A stretch of 64,000 nt of DNA from Utricularia gibba (Eukaryota; Plantae; Magnoliophyta): positions 1,488,001-1,552,000 of the forward strand of contig NEEC01000013.1 in NCBI GenBank assembly GCA_002189035.1, given 5' to 3'. The notes under the pieces were generated by a model, which worked only from the letters and a program-made list of their open reading frames with translations, ran no database searches and was not told the DNA's origin. Shown piece after piece: positions 36,869 to 48,185 of this stretch. Each line of letters begins with the position of its first letter. Within the stretch, counting starts at the first letter, position 1. A program made the translations under genes and the position numbers.

Positions 36869-37347
36869 TAGTCGCTGATAAAAGGGCCTGAGGGCTATTA
36901 GGCCACCGTTTCTGTTCCTTGAACGGGCCGTCACACGTGCCCGGCCCGTGCCCACCTACCAACAGCACATGAACTCCACTCAACAAAAGTGGGAGAATGA
37001 AAGCGCGACGGCCATCTTCAATCGTGAATTCATTAATAATAACAGCTTTCATGCCAGTTGGCTGGCGGTGCCAGTGCGGAAGATAGAATAATATGAAGAA
37101 GAAAGAAACTATACCCACAAAGTAATGGCATTAGGCAAGATACATGAAAAGCACTTGATGAGAGACGTGTACAGGATCATGTAAACTATAAGTGAAGGCA
37201 CAGGTTCTGGAACCCAGAACCAGAATTCAGTATAGAAACAAAAGAAATGGGACTTACTTGATCATCTACAGTTTTTCCTTTTTCTTCTCTTAGGGAGGGA
37301 GGGAAAGAAAGAATGATTTAGATGGCGTACTTGGTTGCTTCTCTAGA

Positions 37348-38913
37348 TCACCACCATTGGTGCACATGGACTCCACTTTTTCGAAGAGAAGTGAACAACT
37401 CCAGGCACTGTCCATATGTTCTTTCATACTTCTTCGTCCTCTCGCCGGGGCAGCACTTCTGCCATCTGTTGTAATGGCATTCCAGGAACAGCTCGTCGAT
37501 CAGGCAGATACCTCCCGTCTCAAACAATCGGGGAATCAGGTCGAATTCGGTCCCCTCCACATCCATTTTCATCACGACGTAGTCCCTTGGGGACACCGTG
37601 TTCTTCAACCACATTGCGAAGTCAAATCCCTGAATCTGATCCACGTTTCCAGAAGACGAAGAGCCACCTGAAGATGACTGACCAGGCTGAATCCTGCCCA
37701 TTCCCCTGCCTTTCTCTACATTCTTGTGGCCAGGATCCTCATTTATCTCGAAAAATAAGGTCTCGTTTTTCACCCACGCAGCATAAGGCAGCAAAGTAAC
37801 CCCCTTCTTGGACTTGTATTCATCATGAAAAGTCCGATCAGCTTCTATGGCATATATTTCGAATGTCTTGTTCTGCTTTGGATATTGCTTCTTGAACCAA
37901 CTCACGATACTTGATCCGTAGCTTCTAGCACCAACGTCAACATAGACATACCTTGGCCTGAAGCTGATATCAACCAACGAAGACAGGTAGTTGATCTTCT
38001 GGACGTTCTTTTTAAGTGTAATCCATGGCTTCTGCGGTTCTTCCTCAATCAAAGGCTCCGCCTTTTTTATCAGATCCTGCTTATATCCAGGAACTGAGCA
38101 TCCATTATGCGAACCACCCCCAGAAGCTTCAATGATTTGATTGTTATTCACTCCAAATTTTTGCAGAACAACTGTCCGAATCACTGGCATTTTTGAATCA
38201 AATCCATCTATGTCCCTAAACATCACCAATCTACAAAAATCGAACAAACCGAGCAAAGATTCAAAGCTATAAGCATCACTTGCACGAGTATGAATGACAA
38301 GAAACCCTTCGGGTTTCAATGTCCGCCGTATCTCCGCAGCAAAGTCAGCCGGTTTCACTGATTTCTCAACCACCCCACCTCCACAGAAGGTGAAATCAAA
38401 AGTGTCATTCTTAAACGGCTGCTTAAAACCTTGGCCTGAAATCACAAGCGGCTTAAATGCCTTCTTCGAAATACCAACCGAATCCTTCACGGCCATCTCG
38501 CGCAGAGCATACACATCTGCGCCATCCTCAGTGTCAACACAAAGAGCTTTAAAGCTAGGTTTTAAAACAGATTCTGAGATCAGATCCTCAAATACAGAGG
38601 TGTAAAACCGTACGGCTTTCTGAAAGCCGTCCGCAGCCCACGGATCAGGAACTTTCTCCGGCCTAGAAGGGGCCTTTTTCCCAGACGGCGAAATAACCGC
38701 CGAAGAAGACGATTTCGAGAACTTCCCTGCACCGGAAATAATGTCCAAATTCTCCGGCAGCGAAAAGAAACAGAAACCACCGCCATCATCACACGTTTCG
38801 CCGCGAATTACCACCAAATAAGCAAATCTCAAAGCAACCACTAGCATGCAGAACAAGAAAACTCGAACCAGAGTATTCCTCAGGAACCCTTGCTTCGCTG
38901 CGCCGGGTTCCAT
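37348..38913 (-). CDS. Membrane-anchored methyltransferase type 11 / FkbM-like protein (At5g01710-like), intronless
   Basis: N-terminal TM; PFKNDTFDFTF; YVYVDVGARSYGSSIVSWF; VVMKMDVEGTEF; IDELFLECHY; SLRKSGVHVHQWW end. Confidence 0.88.
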   Translation of the reverse strand: MEPGAAKQGFLRNTLVRVFLFCMLVVALRFAYLVVIRGETCDDGGGFCFFSLPENLDIISGAGKFSKSSSSAVISPSGKKAPSRPEKVPDPWAADGFQKAVRFYTSVFEDLISESVLKPSFKALCVDTEDGADVYALREMAVKDSVGISKKAFKPLVISGQGFKQPFKNDTFDFTFCGGGVVEKSVKPADFAAEIRRTLKPEGFLVIHTRASDAYSFESLLGLFDFCRLVMFRDIDGFDSKMPVIRTVVLQKFGVNNNQIIEASGGGSHNGCSVPGYKQDLIKKAEPLIEEEPQKPWITLKKNVQKINYLSSLVDISFRPRYVYVDVGARSYGSSIVSWFKKQYPKQNKTFEIYAIEADRTFHDEYKSKKGVTLLPYAAWVKNETLFFEINEDPGHKNVEKGRGMGRIQPGQSSSGGSSSSGNVDQIQGFDFAMWLKNTVSPRDYVVMKMDVEGTEFDLIPRLFETGGICLIDELFLECHYNRWQKCCPGERTKKYERTYGQCLELFTSLRKSGVHVHQWW

Positions 38914-41436
38914 CACAAACACCTCAAAAAAATAAAAACCCTCCCCCAAAAAAATCAAAGAATCATTTTCATCGGATCAGAAATCCACCATTACACGAAC
39001 CGACCAACCAATAAGCAAAATTTAAAAAGCCAGTAAGTATATCTCCAAAATGAAAGGCAAGAAATCTGGTCAATTATCGCGAGCAGAATCGCGCAGATGT
39101 ATGATTAGCGCCGACGAGAGGGCGAATTAGGGAAGACAACGAAAAGGTGAATCTAGGGTACACGGCAAAAGGGTATAACATTCTCTTAACCCAATGTTTC
39201 TGTGACCGCAGCGGAAATCACCTTCCGGTGATGATCAGATTCGTTGCCATCCCCTCTGGTATCATCAGCCGAAGAGCCTGCGAATTTTTTTGTTTTCCTC
39301 CTCTCTCGGAACGGAATCGGAAACCTTGCAGGCAAGTAGAAAGAAAAAGGAAACCAGTGAAAAAGGGTAGGTTTGAAGGAGACCGCGTCGCGGGTGCACT
39401 GTAGGTGTAGGACACGGGCCGACTGAGATGGGTAGGCGAGGAGCTATCAGATGCTTCGCAGATGGGGATTAGGATCCGGTGCAACGCTAATTTATTTGTT
39501 CAGTAGTCTCCCCAGTTCCAGATAACCCTACTGCCGTTGATCTGCTCCCGTGTTTCGTGGATCGTTAGATGACTCCATGATTACTTAAATCAGAATAATT
39601 AGAGTTTGTTATGTAAATATAATTTGATGAAGTTATTCTATTTAATTTTTAAATATTCCCGTTTTATATTAAAATTAGAAATTCAGGTTTTATAATTAAA
39701 TTTATAAACGGCTAAATTTCTTAAATTACACTATTTAATTTTTATTTATATTATCATACAAAACAATTTTATAATCTAAAATTGATTTTATTCGTTTAAT
39801 CTCAAAACTAATTATATTATATCACGGATTCAAAATACCGAACAAGTCCATACTTTCATAAAGTCCACTGATTTTTCCCCTACTAGGTTGGATATCTGTA
39901 CGAGGGCAGGATGGTAATTCATCACATATTCTAATTAAAATAAATAAATCAATCAATTTGGGAGTTAATGACAACCAATTTATGAGCTTAACTGGATGTG
40001 GGACAATGACAAGGATAATTCCAGACATTTTAATACTTAAAGTGATGGATAACCAGAACCACTCTTCCTAACACGTGTTTTTGTACTACCGAGGTTTGAT
40101 GCTAAATCCGGTAACTTGTCCATGGGCTCGCTCTAATTATGGCTCGTTTACTATTATGAGCCCCGGCTAGCTCACATTACAAGAATAGTAATAACTATTA
40201 CTATAATTGGGTTGTTGCTGGTATTATTAGTGCAGCAGCATTTACAGATGTGGCCTCTCGCCGTTTTACAGCGACCGACGCGGACGGGTAAAATAAGTGA
40301 AAGATTTTGAGTGAATTGATATTTTCCCCACGGGGGAAATTACGCACATGCCCTCCCCACACCACCAAAATCATTCAGATTGTTGGAATTTGTGTTATTT
40401 TGGGAATGGACCATCAGGAAATGGATATAAAAGTTATATAAAAATAGGTTTCTAAATCAACCCCAAAGATGTGACTGACGTGGACGTTGCGTCACGCGTA
40501 ACTTATATGTACGGTCTACCTTGACCATAAAGTGCATGTACCTTTCTTGCAAGCAAGGCTTAATTTTCTTTAATATTAATAATATTAATTGTGATTTAGC
40601 AAAACATTTGCAAACTATTTTTGATTATTGAAAAGTAGAAAATAAAATAGATTTTTTTTTTGTTAGAAATAGAAATGAAATTAAGATGTGTAGAAAAGTT
40701 TTGATTGAATTTTTATGGTTCAATGTGATCAACTCGAAATGAGATTTTAAATGATATATTATAAATAAGATGAATAATCATAGTTTCATTCGATATTTAT
40801 TTTTAATATAATATCTTTTAAACCGTGATTATTCATATTGTTCATATTACATCATTTCAAAGTTCATTCAAAACTCATTGCTTTGAATCATTGGAAATGT
40901 AAAAAAAAAAAATAAACACCTCATGTACATCTTTTTGGATGGAGAAAATGGTAGTGGCCACTTCTACACGATCGTTATTCAATAGTTCATTGCGATTGAC
41001 TTGAAATGAATTTCAAACCCACATCATACCTTCTAACTTGTTACTAACCGTCATATTGAGTCATTAAATTTTTTAATAATGGATCGTAAGAATTTTTCAG
41101 AATACAATTTTATTTTTTAAAAAATTTGATATTAATTTTATTTACAATTTATATTAAATTTTTTTTACTATTTTCATGACATTGTAGCATCAAACTGAAA
41201 GAACTCCGTTTCTGGTTACATGGAGGCTCGGCGATATCTACGAGACACGTCACGCGTGGAAGGGAAGCCGAGCGCCCGCCATAGCCATCCAATGTAGCTG
41301 TTTAGTGTTTTATTGCACCTACGAACAGCCATGATCTTGTGTCATACGCAACTGTGGTGCTTTTCTTCCTCGTCAGGGAATCCTCGGTTTTCCTCGTCGA
41401 TAATCGCACTTCTTGGATCAATCGTGGAAAAGAATC

Positions 41437-42179
41437 ATGTCTGATACCGGTGAATCTAATCCGCCCAAGGTCACGCATCAATCGACGACGCCGGTGACTC
41501 CCGATATCGAGAGCGGCGGCGGAGGAGCCGAAAGCGGAGTTTCGAATATTTTGCGGCGATGGAAGAGGGAAGATTTTGTGAAAAGCGGCTCGCTGGCTTC
41601 CAGAGTACTCTGCTTCCTTTTCTCCTTCATCGCATTCATTCTCATGGCAAGTAACAACCACGGCGGTGATTTTAAGTTCAACGGATATGAGGAGTACAGG
41701 TAATACTCGCCCCGTGCATTCGATTCCCGATTGATTAATCGATTTCTATTTCTAGGTCAATTGCTGATTGATCTTCTAGGTACGTATTGGCGATTGCGAT
41801 TCTGTCAAGTCTCTACACAGGACTGCAATCCTTCAGGCAGATTTACGAGCTCTACACAAGCAGACAGATCATTCGATGGAATAGCTCCGCAATTGCTGAT
41901 TTCGCTCTGGATCAGGTAATTTCTCGATCCCCTGCTTTTCCCCCTTCTTTTCCCGATCCACTGTTTGGTTAGTGATCTGGATAGCAGGCTATGGCGTATT
42001 TACTGATATCCGCCGCGTCGTCCGCTGTACCGCTAACGGACCGATTCCGAGAAGGCGGCGATAACATATTCACCGATACATCGGCGTCCGCCATCGCTAT
42101 GGAGTTCTTAGCATTCTTCTCACTGGCATTCTCAGCTCTTATATCCGGGTACCAGATCTCCAATCGCGTGTACATCTAA
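41437..42179 (+). CDS. CASP-like protein (CASPL4B-like); exons 41437-41699, 41780-41915, 41988-42179
   Basis: LRRWKREDF, four TM segments, YEEYR-Y, DFALDQ-AMAYLLISAASSA and family-typical intron positions. Confidence 0.9.
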
Positions 42180-44167
42180 AACGCAAATTTATAAAAATAA
42201 TGGAAACCTTTAACAAACAACATAATTATTAATCTTTTAGATTCTCCTGTAAATTTGAAATTTTAATTTAATTTTTTAATAAATTTGAGGTTTTTTTAAA
42301 AAAATTTCGGATTATTTCGAAATTAGGTTTTTAATTAGAAGAAATTACGCTAATCTCATCCTAAACCCCTCCCTATGAAGCTAAGCATGGTAATGGGTAA
42401 CTTTGATTCTGGGTCCACTCATTTACAGCTGGCAATTTACGATGTCAACTCTCGAACTTAATTAATACTAAATACACGGCATAATTTAAACCAAGAAATA
42501 AACAAAATAAAACAAAGCTAGGGCTTTGACTTTTTCATAACCAGGGGACCACCAAATATCTACCAATAATCAATTTTTTTTATTATTTTCATATATTTTC
42601 CGGTACGGTATGATCGTCAGACAATCCCAGTTTTTTTGACAGAAAATTTTAATTAATTAACTAGTTAATTACGACAATCATAGTTGTAAGAAAAAGTCAA
42701 CTCAAGCGATGGATTCGCAAGCATTTTTTAACAATTTTAATTATTAATTACTAATAAAATATTATAAAAGTCACAAATAAATTATATAATAACATAAAAC
42801 AAGTAATACAGTTGTGAATTTAAATATAAACATAATATAACAATAAATGAATAACTAAAAATCATCTTCATCCATGTCATTCATTATTATCATCAAATTC
42901 ATACAGATAAAATCATTTTCATTAACTTCATAACTAACACCTTTATGGGCTTGTTTGGTTGGCGGGTGAAGTTATGTGTTGATTGATTTATGAAAATTAC
43001 ACTTGCGTTTGGTTGATGGATGTTACCAAAACTGATGGATTGGAGAAATGGAGTGCAACGGGGAGCTTCAAAACATCATTTGATTTGGTACCGAATCTTA
43101 TGTACACAAGTTTATTTAAAATCATATTACTTCTTACATTTCCTAATATATATATATCATAATTCCATTAATTAAATACTATGTAAAAAACTAATCTTTC
43201 TACATTAATTTTATTTAAGCATAAATAAATTAAATTTATTTTATACTATAGCTACAATTACCACAGATATTAAATACTTAATACAAGATAATATTATGTA
43301 AGATATCTTAATCTTATATAAGATCTTTTTTTTCCAAAATGAAAGAATATAAAATCATGATTATTAAATACTTAAAGCAGATAATGTTATATAAAGATAG
43401 ACTGAATCGAAGGTATCTCACATTAATTATGAATAGAAAAATGAATATATTTAAATAAAGTTATAATCTTAATTTTACACGACTTCTTTATTTATAAGAG
43501 GATAATATAAAATTGTAATTCAAAATAGATAATATCATATAAGGGAAAAGTGATGGTTGTATTTGATATTAAAATCAAATCCAATTATGTATCAATAATG
43601 AGATGGGGGGAAGTGTATTCAACGAGGATGATGAATGTGGAGGAATAATGTAAGACCATGAGATTTACGATATTATCTCACATTAATAATGGACATACGA
43701 AGTAGATAGTCTTAAATAAAAATTAGTCATAATATGAAAAATCCAGAGTGGTAAAAAAGATTCATTATCCAAATAAAAAGTTGGGATACATTTTTTACTT
43801 AAAATAATCAAAACATTGAGTAATTAATATTGAAATGGGTTTAGTAGGGCATGACGCATCGTGTTGGTATAGTTGTTCAGTTTATGAATTTTTTTAAAGC
43901 TCGTGGAGCAATTAAAAATGAACTTTGACTTGAGAATCCATCACTGCCCAGTGGCTACACTACGGGTAGTAGGGACGTCACCATGGTTGTACGGGCACCA
44001 CCCTTCAATGTCATCCCACTAAATGCAACAAAATCTAGCATTATATTGTTGTTCAAATGTATTTTTGTGAGTAAAAAAAATAATGAGGTATCTGTTTGTT
44101 TTCTTGTGGATGTGTTTGGGAGATGAATGACGGGGAAAGAAAATGTCTGCAACTTATGGCATCCTCG

Positions 44168-44199
44168 TTGACCCTTGACATGGTGCTTCCTCTATAAAA
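44168..44199 (+). promoter_or_regulatory. W-box (TTGACC, 44168-44173) and TATA box (44193-44199) of the WI12-like gene
   Basis: Motifs 54-85 nt upstream of ATG 44253, consistent with a wound/defence-inducible gene. Confidence 0.45.
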
Positions 44200-44252
44200 T
44201 GCGGTCGTCTTCGATACGGAGGCAGGGAAAGTCGTCTACCCGACGACCGGAG

Positions 44253-44690
44253 ATGCAGGGCGACGTCGCCGCCACCGTGGGTAGACTCTACGAGGCGGTT
44301 GCAGGTGGGGGACGCAGAATCATCTCAGATATCGTGGCTGGCGACCTGGAGTGGTGGTTTCATGGCCCGCATCACTGCCAGCACATGATGAAGATGCTGA
44401 CGGGAAGGTCGTGTCCGACGGAGTTCAAGTTCGATCCTAAGAGCATCAACGCCGTCGACGACGACTGCGTCGTGGTGGAAGGGTGGGAGGGGAGGAATGT
44501 GTACTGGGTGCATGTCTGGACCTTGAGAGATGGGTTGATCGTGAATTTGAGGGAGTATTTCAACACTTGGTTGACGGTGACGTGCGTGAGGGTGGTGGAT
44601 CGCCCCGTGCCGACGACTTTGTGGCGGAGCCACCTCCTACGGCAGCAGCCTGGGGAACGGTCTTTGCCGGAGTTGGTGCTCGCCATCTGA
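44253..44690 (+). CDS. Wound-induced protein 1 / SAG20 (WI12)-like, SnoaL/NTF2 fold, intronless
   Basis: VGRLYEA...DLEWWFHGPHHCQHMMKMLTG...VVVEGW...YWVHVWTLRDGLIVNLREYFNTWLTV...LPELVLAI. Confidence 0.9.
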   Translation: MQGDVAATVGRLYEAVAGGGRRIISDIVAGDLEWWFHGPHHCQHMMKMLTGRSCPTEFKFDPKSINAVDDDCVVVEGWEGRNVYWVHVWTLRDGLIVNLREYFNTWLTVTCVRVVDRPVPTTLWRSHLLRQQPGERSLPELVLAI

Positions 44691-44799
44691 CGGCGGATGG
44701 ATGGGGCTTGGGTCCAAAGAAGACAACTTGTGAAAATAGATGCCAAGCTTGATGTATATTATCACCTTATGTACTGTACGTATCACAACACACCCCAAA

Positions 44800-46520
44800 A
44801 ATACATATAATAAGGCTCGTGTTATGAGCTTATCATCCATTAATCAGGGGATTAGAGTGCGTTAACGGTCCATTAGAAGCTTCTCAGGATTTGGGAGCGT
44901 TCTTCCTTCCAGAAGGGGCGACGCCTTGTATATTCAGAAGATCCAATGCGGGCAACAAGAAACGTGGCCCAGATCATCCTTTCTTTGCGCAGCGCCATGT
45001 TTCTGAAGCCGATTTCCTCCATTTCCATGTCCTCTCCTGTTCATGGTTCCGATCTGAATGCTCACTGCCGGATTCTCCTCCGTCTCCTCATTCCGTCTGC
45101 AACTGGGTTCGTCGTCACAGCGTGCGTCGGGCTGTAATCAATCAGCTATTTGGGGAGGTGGAGAAGGATGGGCTTATGGTTCCTGAAATTCCCAGAACCT
45201 CGCTCCTTCTGCTATAATCAATCAAGTTCAAGAAACCAAGAAGAATCAGAGTTCGTTTCTCAACTGGGTGTGGGAAAAGGGAAGATAACACATCGCAATC
45301 TGCTGCTACAATTCTCCCGAAGACCAACTATGACAAAACGAAGGTAACCAAAGCGTACAATCCCATGGAATGTGCCAGTGTTTGGCACTGTGATCAAATG
45401 TCACAAGTTGATAATGAGTAAATCTATGAAGACAGCTCCATGTTGAGGACGACAACTGTGAGAAGTATTATTTCTGCTATAGATTCAACTGGTTTTCCAA
45501 ACAATTTGCAGCCTTTGTGTGACTACGGGAGGGAGGTCTTGCTTCCAATCATTGCATGATGCTTCATTTTCATACCTTGGGAAACCTTCGACATGCACAC
45601 AGCAGCATCAACTTCCTGAGTGCATACCTATGTCCATAGTCTACCATGCATAGACAGAATTGTTTAGGACCAAAATGGTAATGAATTACGTCTTACCATT
45701 GATTTCTCCAAAAGTTGTAAATTGATATATATGTAGGCTTTTGCACAAAGGCACGGCTTATGATGTGTCTAGAGCAACAAACATCATTATGCCAAGAAGC
45801 CGTAGCAATATTGGCAACAGGGAAAAGAGGAAAACCCAAATCAAAATGGGTCACCTCGGCAAAGTTGCCATTTTTGTGCAGCGAGTTTGAAAATCAAAGG
45901 CCATGTGGCATGAAATACTACAAAATCCAATAAAGTTTACTGTTAGCATCAGTTAAACTCTCCTATCAGAGTAACTATGACAAAACAGCCTCATCTGGAT
46001 GGCAATCCATAGCCATTTGTGGATTACTCATCATTTAGGGGGCAAGCAGAAACCCAATGTCGAAAGGTGAACAAAAACCGAGTTCCGATAACATCAATAG
46101 GTATTACAAATGAGAATAGGCCATCTGAACAAAGAAACAATTTTTGAAACCGCCTGTGTATAAATTACAAAAGCAAATCGGAATCAAACAGCAAAGGCGG
46201 CGTCATAGATGAACGACTTTTGCAGCCGTAATAGCATCCGAATGGTATTTCTCACACCATTACAGATGTAAAACCATAACTCTCAGTAACTGAAAAATCA
46301 TTGAAGTACAGTCGATATCCCAGATCTTCACGATTCCACTAAACGACATACCGTAATTTTTACGATCTCCGATACGCGCGAGATCCAAAATCCCTCTCTC
46401 CTTTGTCTTCACACAACATTTTCTGCCACAAATCTACAGTTGATGAGGTAAAACCTCCACCAACGATGAACTGAAGTTCATCCGCCGCCGAGGAGAAAGG
46501 AGGGCATGAAAACTAGGGTT
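44800..46520 (-). ncRNA. Putative spliced non-coding snoRNA host transcript (boundaries approximate)
   Basis: TATAAATA (46551-46544) and telo-box AACCCTA (46520-46514) on the minus strand; first exon with only short ORFs; donor G/GTATGT at 46351; acceptor with pyrimidine tract and CTGAT...TACAG at 45132; the snoRNA lies between. Confidence 0.5.
45962..46039 (-). ncRNA. Box C/D snoRNA, U40/U46 (SNORD46/snR63)-type, guiding 2'-O-methylation of the second A of AGUAAC in 25S rRNA helix 69
   Basis: Minus strand: C box ATGATGA (46034-46028), D box CTGA (45969-45966), terminal stem CCTA/TAGG. The antisense GTCATAGTTACT immediately before the D box is the exact complement of conserved LSU rRNA AGUAACUAUGAC; the D+5 rule targets A. 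Confidence 0.85.
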
Positions 46521-46551
46521 AGAAATCCTCTGCAGAGAGCACATATTTATA
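46514..46551 (-). promoter_or_regulatory. TATA box plus telo-box, typical of ribosome-biogenesis/snoRNA promoters
   Basis: Plus-strand TATTTATA at 46544-46551 and TAGGGTT at 46514-46520. Confidence 0.55.
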
Positions 46552-46856
46552 AACGCTAAACCCGTCCACATAAGGAAAAGCGTTTACCACGTTTTTTAAG
46601 AATATAATTTTTTCTCTTTTTTTTTTCAGTTAACATGAGAAGACTCAGAAGAATAGCGACCAAGAGACTAAACAATTGTTCCCACATTGCAAATGTGCTT
46701 CCTCTAGTAGAAAAACTAGATCACCGAGAGCCCTTTCCAAGAGCTCTAGTTTCTACACACAAAAAAAACATAGATCCGATATATCGAATACGTGCAATTT
46801 CGAATAGCTGATTGATCACGGGGTAGTTCATTCTCCCCTCTGAGCAGGGAATGAAG

Positions 46857-48185
46857 CTACAATGGGACATTGTGAATGTATGTCCTCTCATAGAAGCCAG
46901 TTATCTGATCAGCCACAGCCCACATGATGGCCTGACCAGGTGGGATTCGCATTAACCGTGGCAAGAGCCCTTTCCACAGTGAGAATAAGCCTTCTTCCAC
47001 GTATATAGTTCTGATAGCATGGAACATACCTTGGTATTTCATTTTTCCACCAGTCCGGCTCTGAGCCATAAGTCTTGTTTTGACAACATCGAAGGGACCT
47101 GTGCAAACAGGACCGGCAGTTCCGGCGAGGAACCCTGAGATCATGGACTGCCAAGGCTGGAGCATTTTCCCATCACCTTCATGCTTGCTCCACAGCATGG
47201 TGTCAAATGCATTTTTGGCAGTAAACATAGCTGCCTGGTTCGTTCCATTACGCATCACTGTTGGGGCAGCCCCAGCCCACAACCCAAATATGCCTTCTTC
47301 ACGAATAATCATATGAGCACAATGAAGAGGTCCTTTGTACTTGAGGAGCTCCGGGCTCAGTCCTCTTTGCTGCTGCAATCTGATTTTCACCACCTGCATT
47401 GGAGGTGCCATTAAGATCTACATATGATGGAATCATTGCAAATAGTTCACTTCAATCAGGGAGAAAATGCGTACACAAGAGCATATCAACATCAATCTAG
47501 CTGGAAATTTCTCTTTTTTTTCTAGGCCTTGTTAGTAGCTACATCTTCCATTTTTAATGCTTAGTCCAAGGGTTAAGTTCATCAGTAGCTCAGCCCAGCT
47601 ACTATAAATGGGGAGAAGAATTCCAACTATGTTGGTGGCTATGCAGCACACCGCTCGACAAACGTTTTCTAACCATCAAACAAACTCCAGAATCAAGGAA
47701 TCATACCTAAAAAGTATCAGATAACTTCACGTAGCTAATGAAAAGGAGCAATTCAGCCGCATTGATAACAATCATTTAACTATGGAAATAACCTCAAAAG
47801 GAGTGACGACCACAAGAGCTTCCAAAACTCCAGCGCCAAACCCAGCCATCATCCTACCACGATTGCTTAGATTCCCTGTCTCCGAGTCCTTGAATGCCGA
47901 TTGCAATAACGAATTGGATCCCATTCGAAGCGCATATTTCAGCGTTAAATGCGTCGCGAAGGGAGTCAATCCTTTCCACAAGGCCCTGACACCTTCGGTC
48001 CTCGCGATGGTGGTGCCGCAGTGGACAATTCCCCTGTACGAACCCGAACGGTCAAGTTGTAGGCGAGTTTTGATGACATCGATAGGCTGTAAGCAACATG
48101 CTTCGACAATGCCACCAAAAGATCCGGACACCGCCTTCATGTACGGCGGGATTGATTTCTTCGAAGATTCAGTTTTCTCAGCCAT
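46857..48185 (-). CDS. SFC1: Mitochondrial succinate-fumarate carrier 1; exons 48185-47793 and 47393-46857 (309 aa)
   Basis: Three carrier repeats with PxDxxKxRxQ signatures (QPIDVIKTRLQ, TPFEVVKIRLQ, GPFDVVKTRLM) and RIPPGQAIMWAVADQ. Confidence 0.95.

Noticed and set aside
42947-42960. GGGCTTGTTTGGTT, resembling a Tourist/PIF MITE terminus
   Set aside because: No matching inverted end or TSD found in the flanking AT-rich region.
46441-46474. Plus-strand TGATGA...CTGA pair
   Set aside because: Only about 30 nt apart, no terminal stem or rRNA antisense, and opposite to the promoter orientation.
46509-46525. CTAACCCTA on the minus strand as a possible telomerase RNA template
   Set aside because: It sits right at the predicted TSS and no USE precedes the TATA box; a telo-box is the simpler explanation.
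46707-46756. Imperfect hairpin followed by ACA
   Set aside because: No bipartite pseudouridylation pocket or H box; it lies in the likely SFC1 3' UTR.
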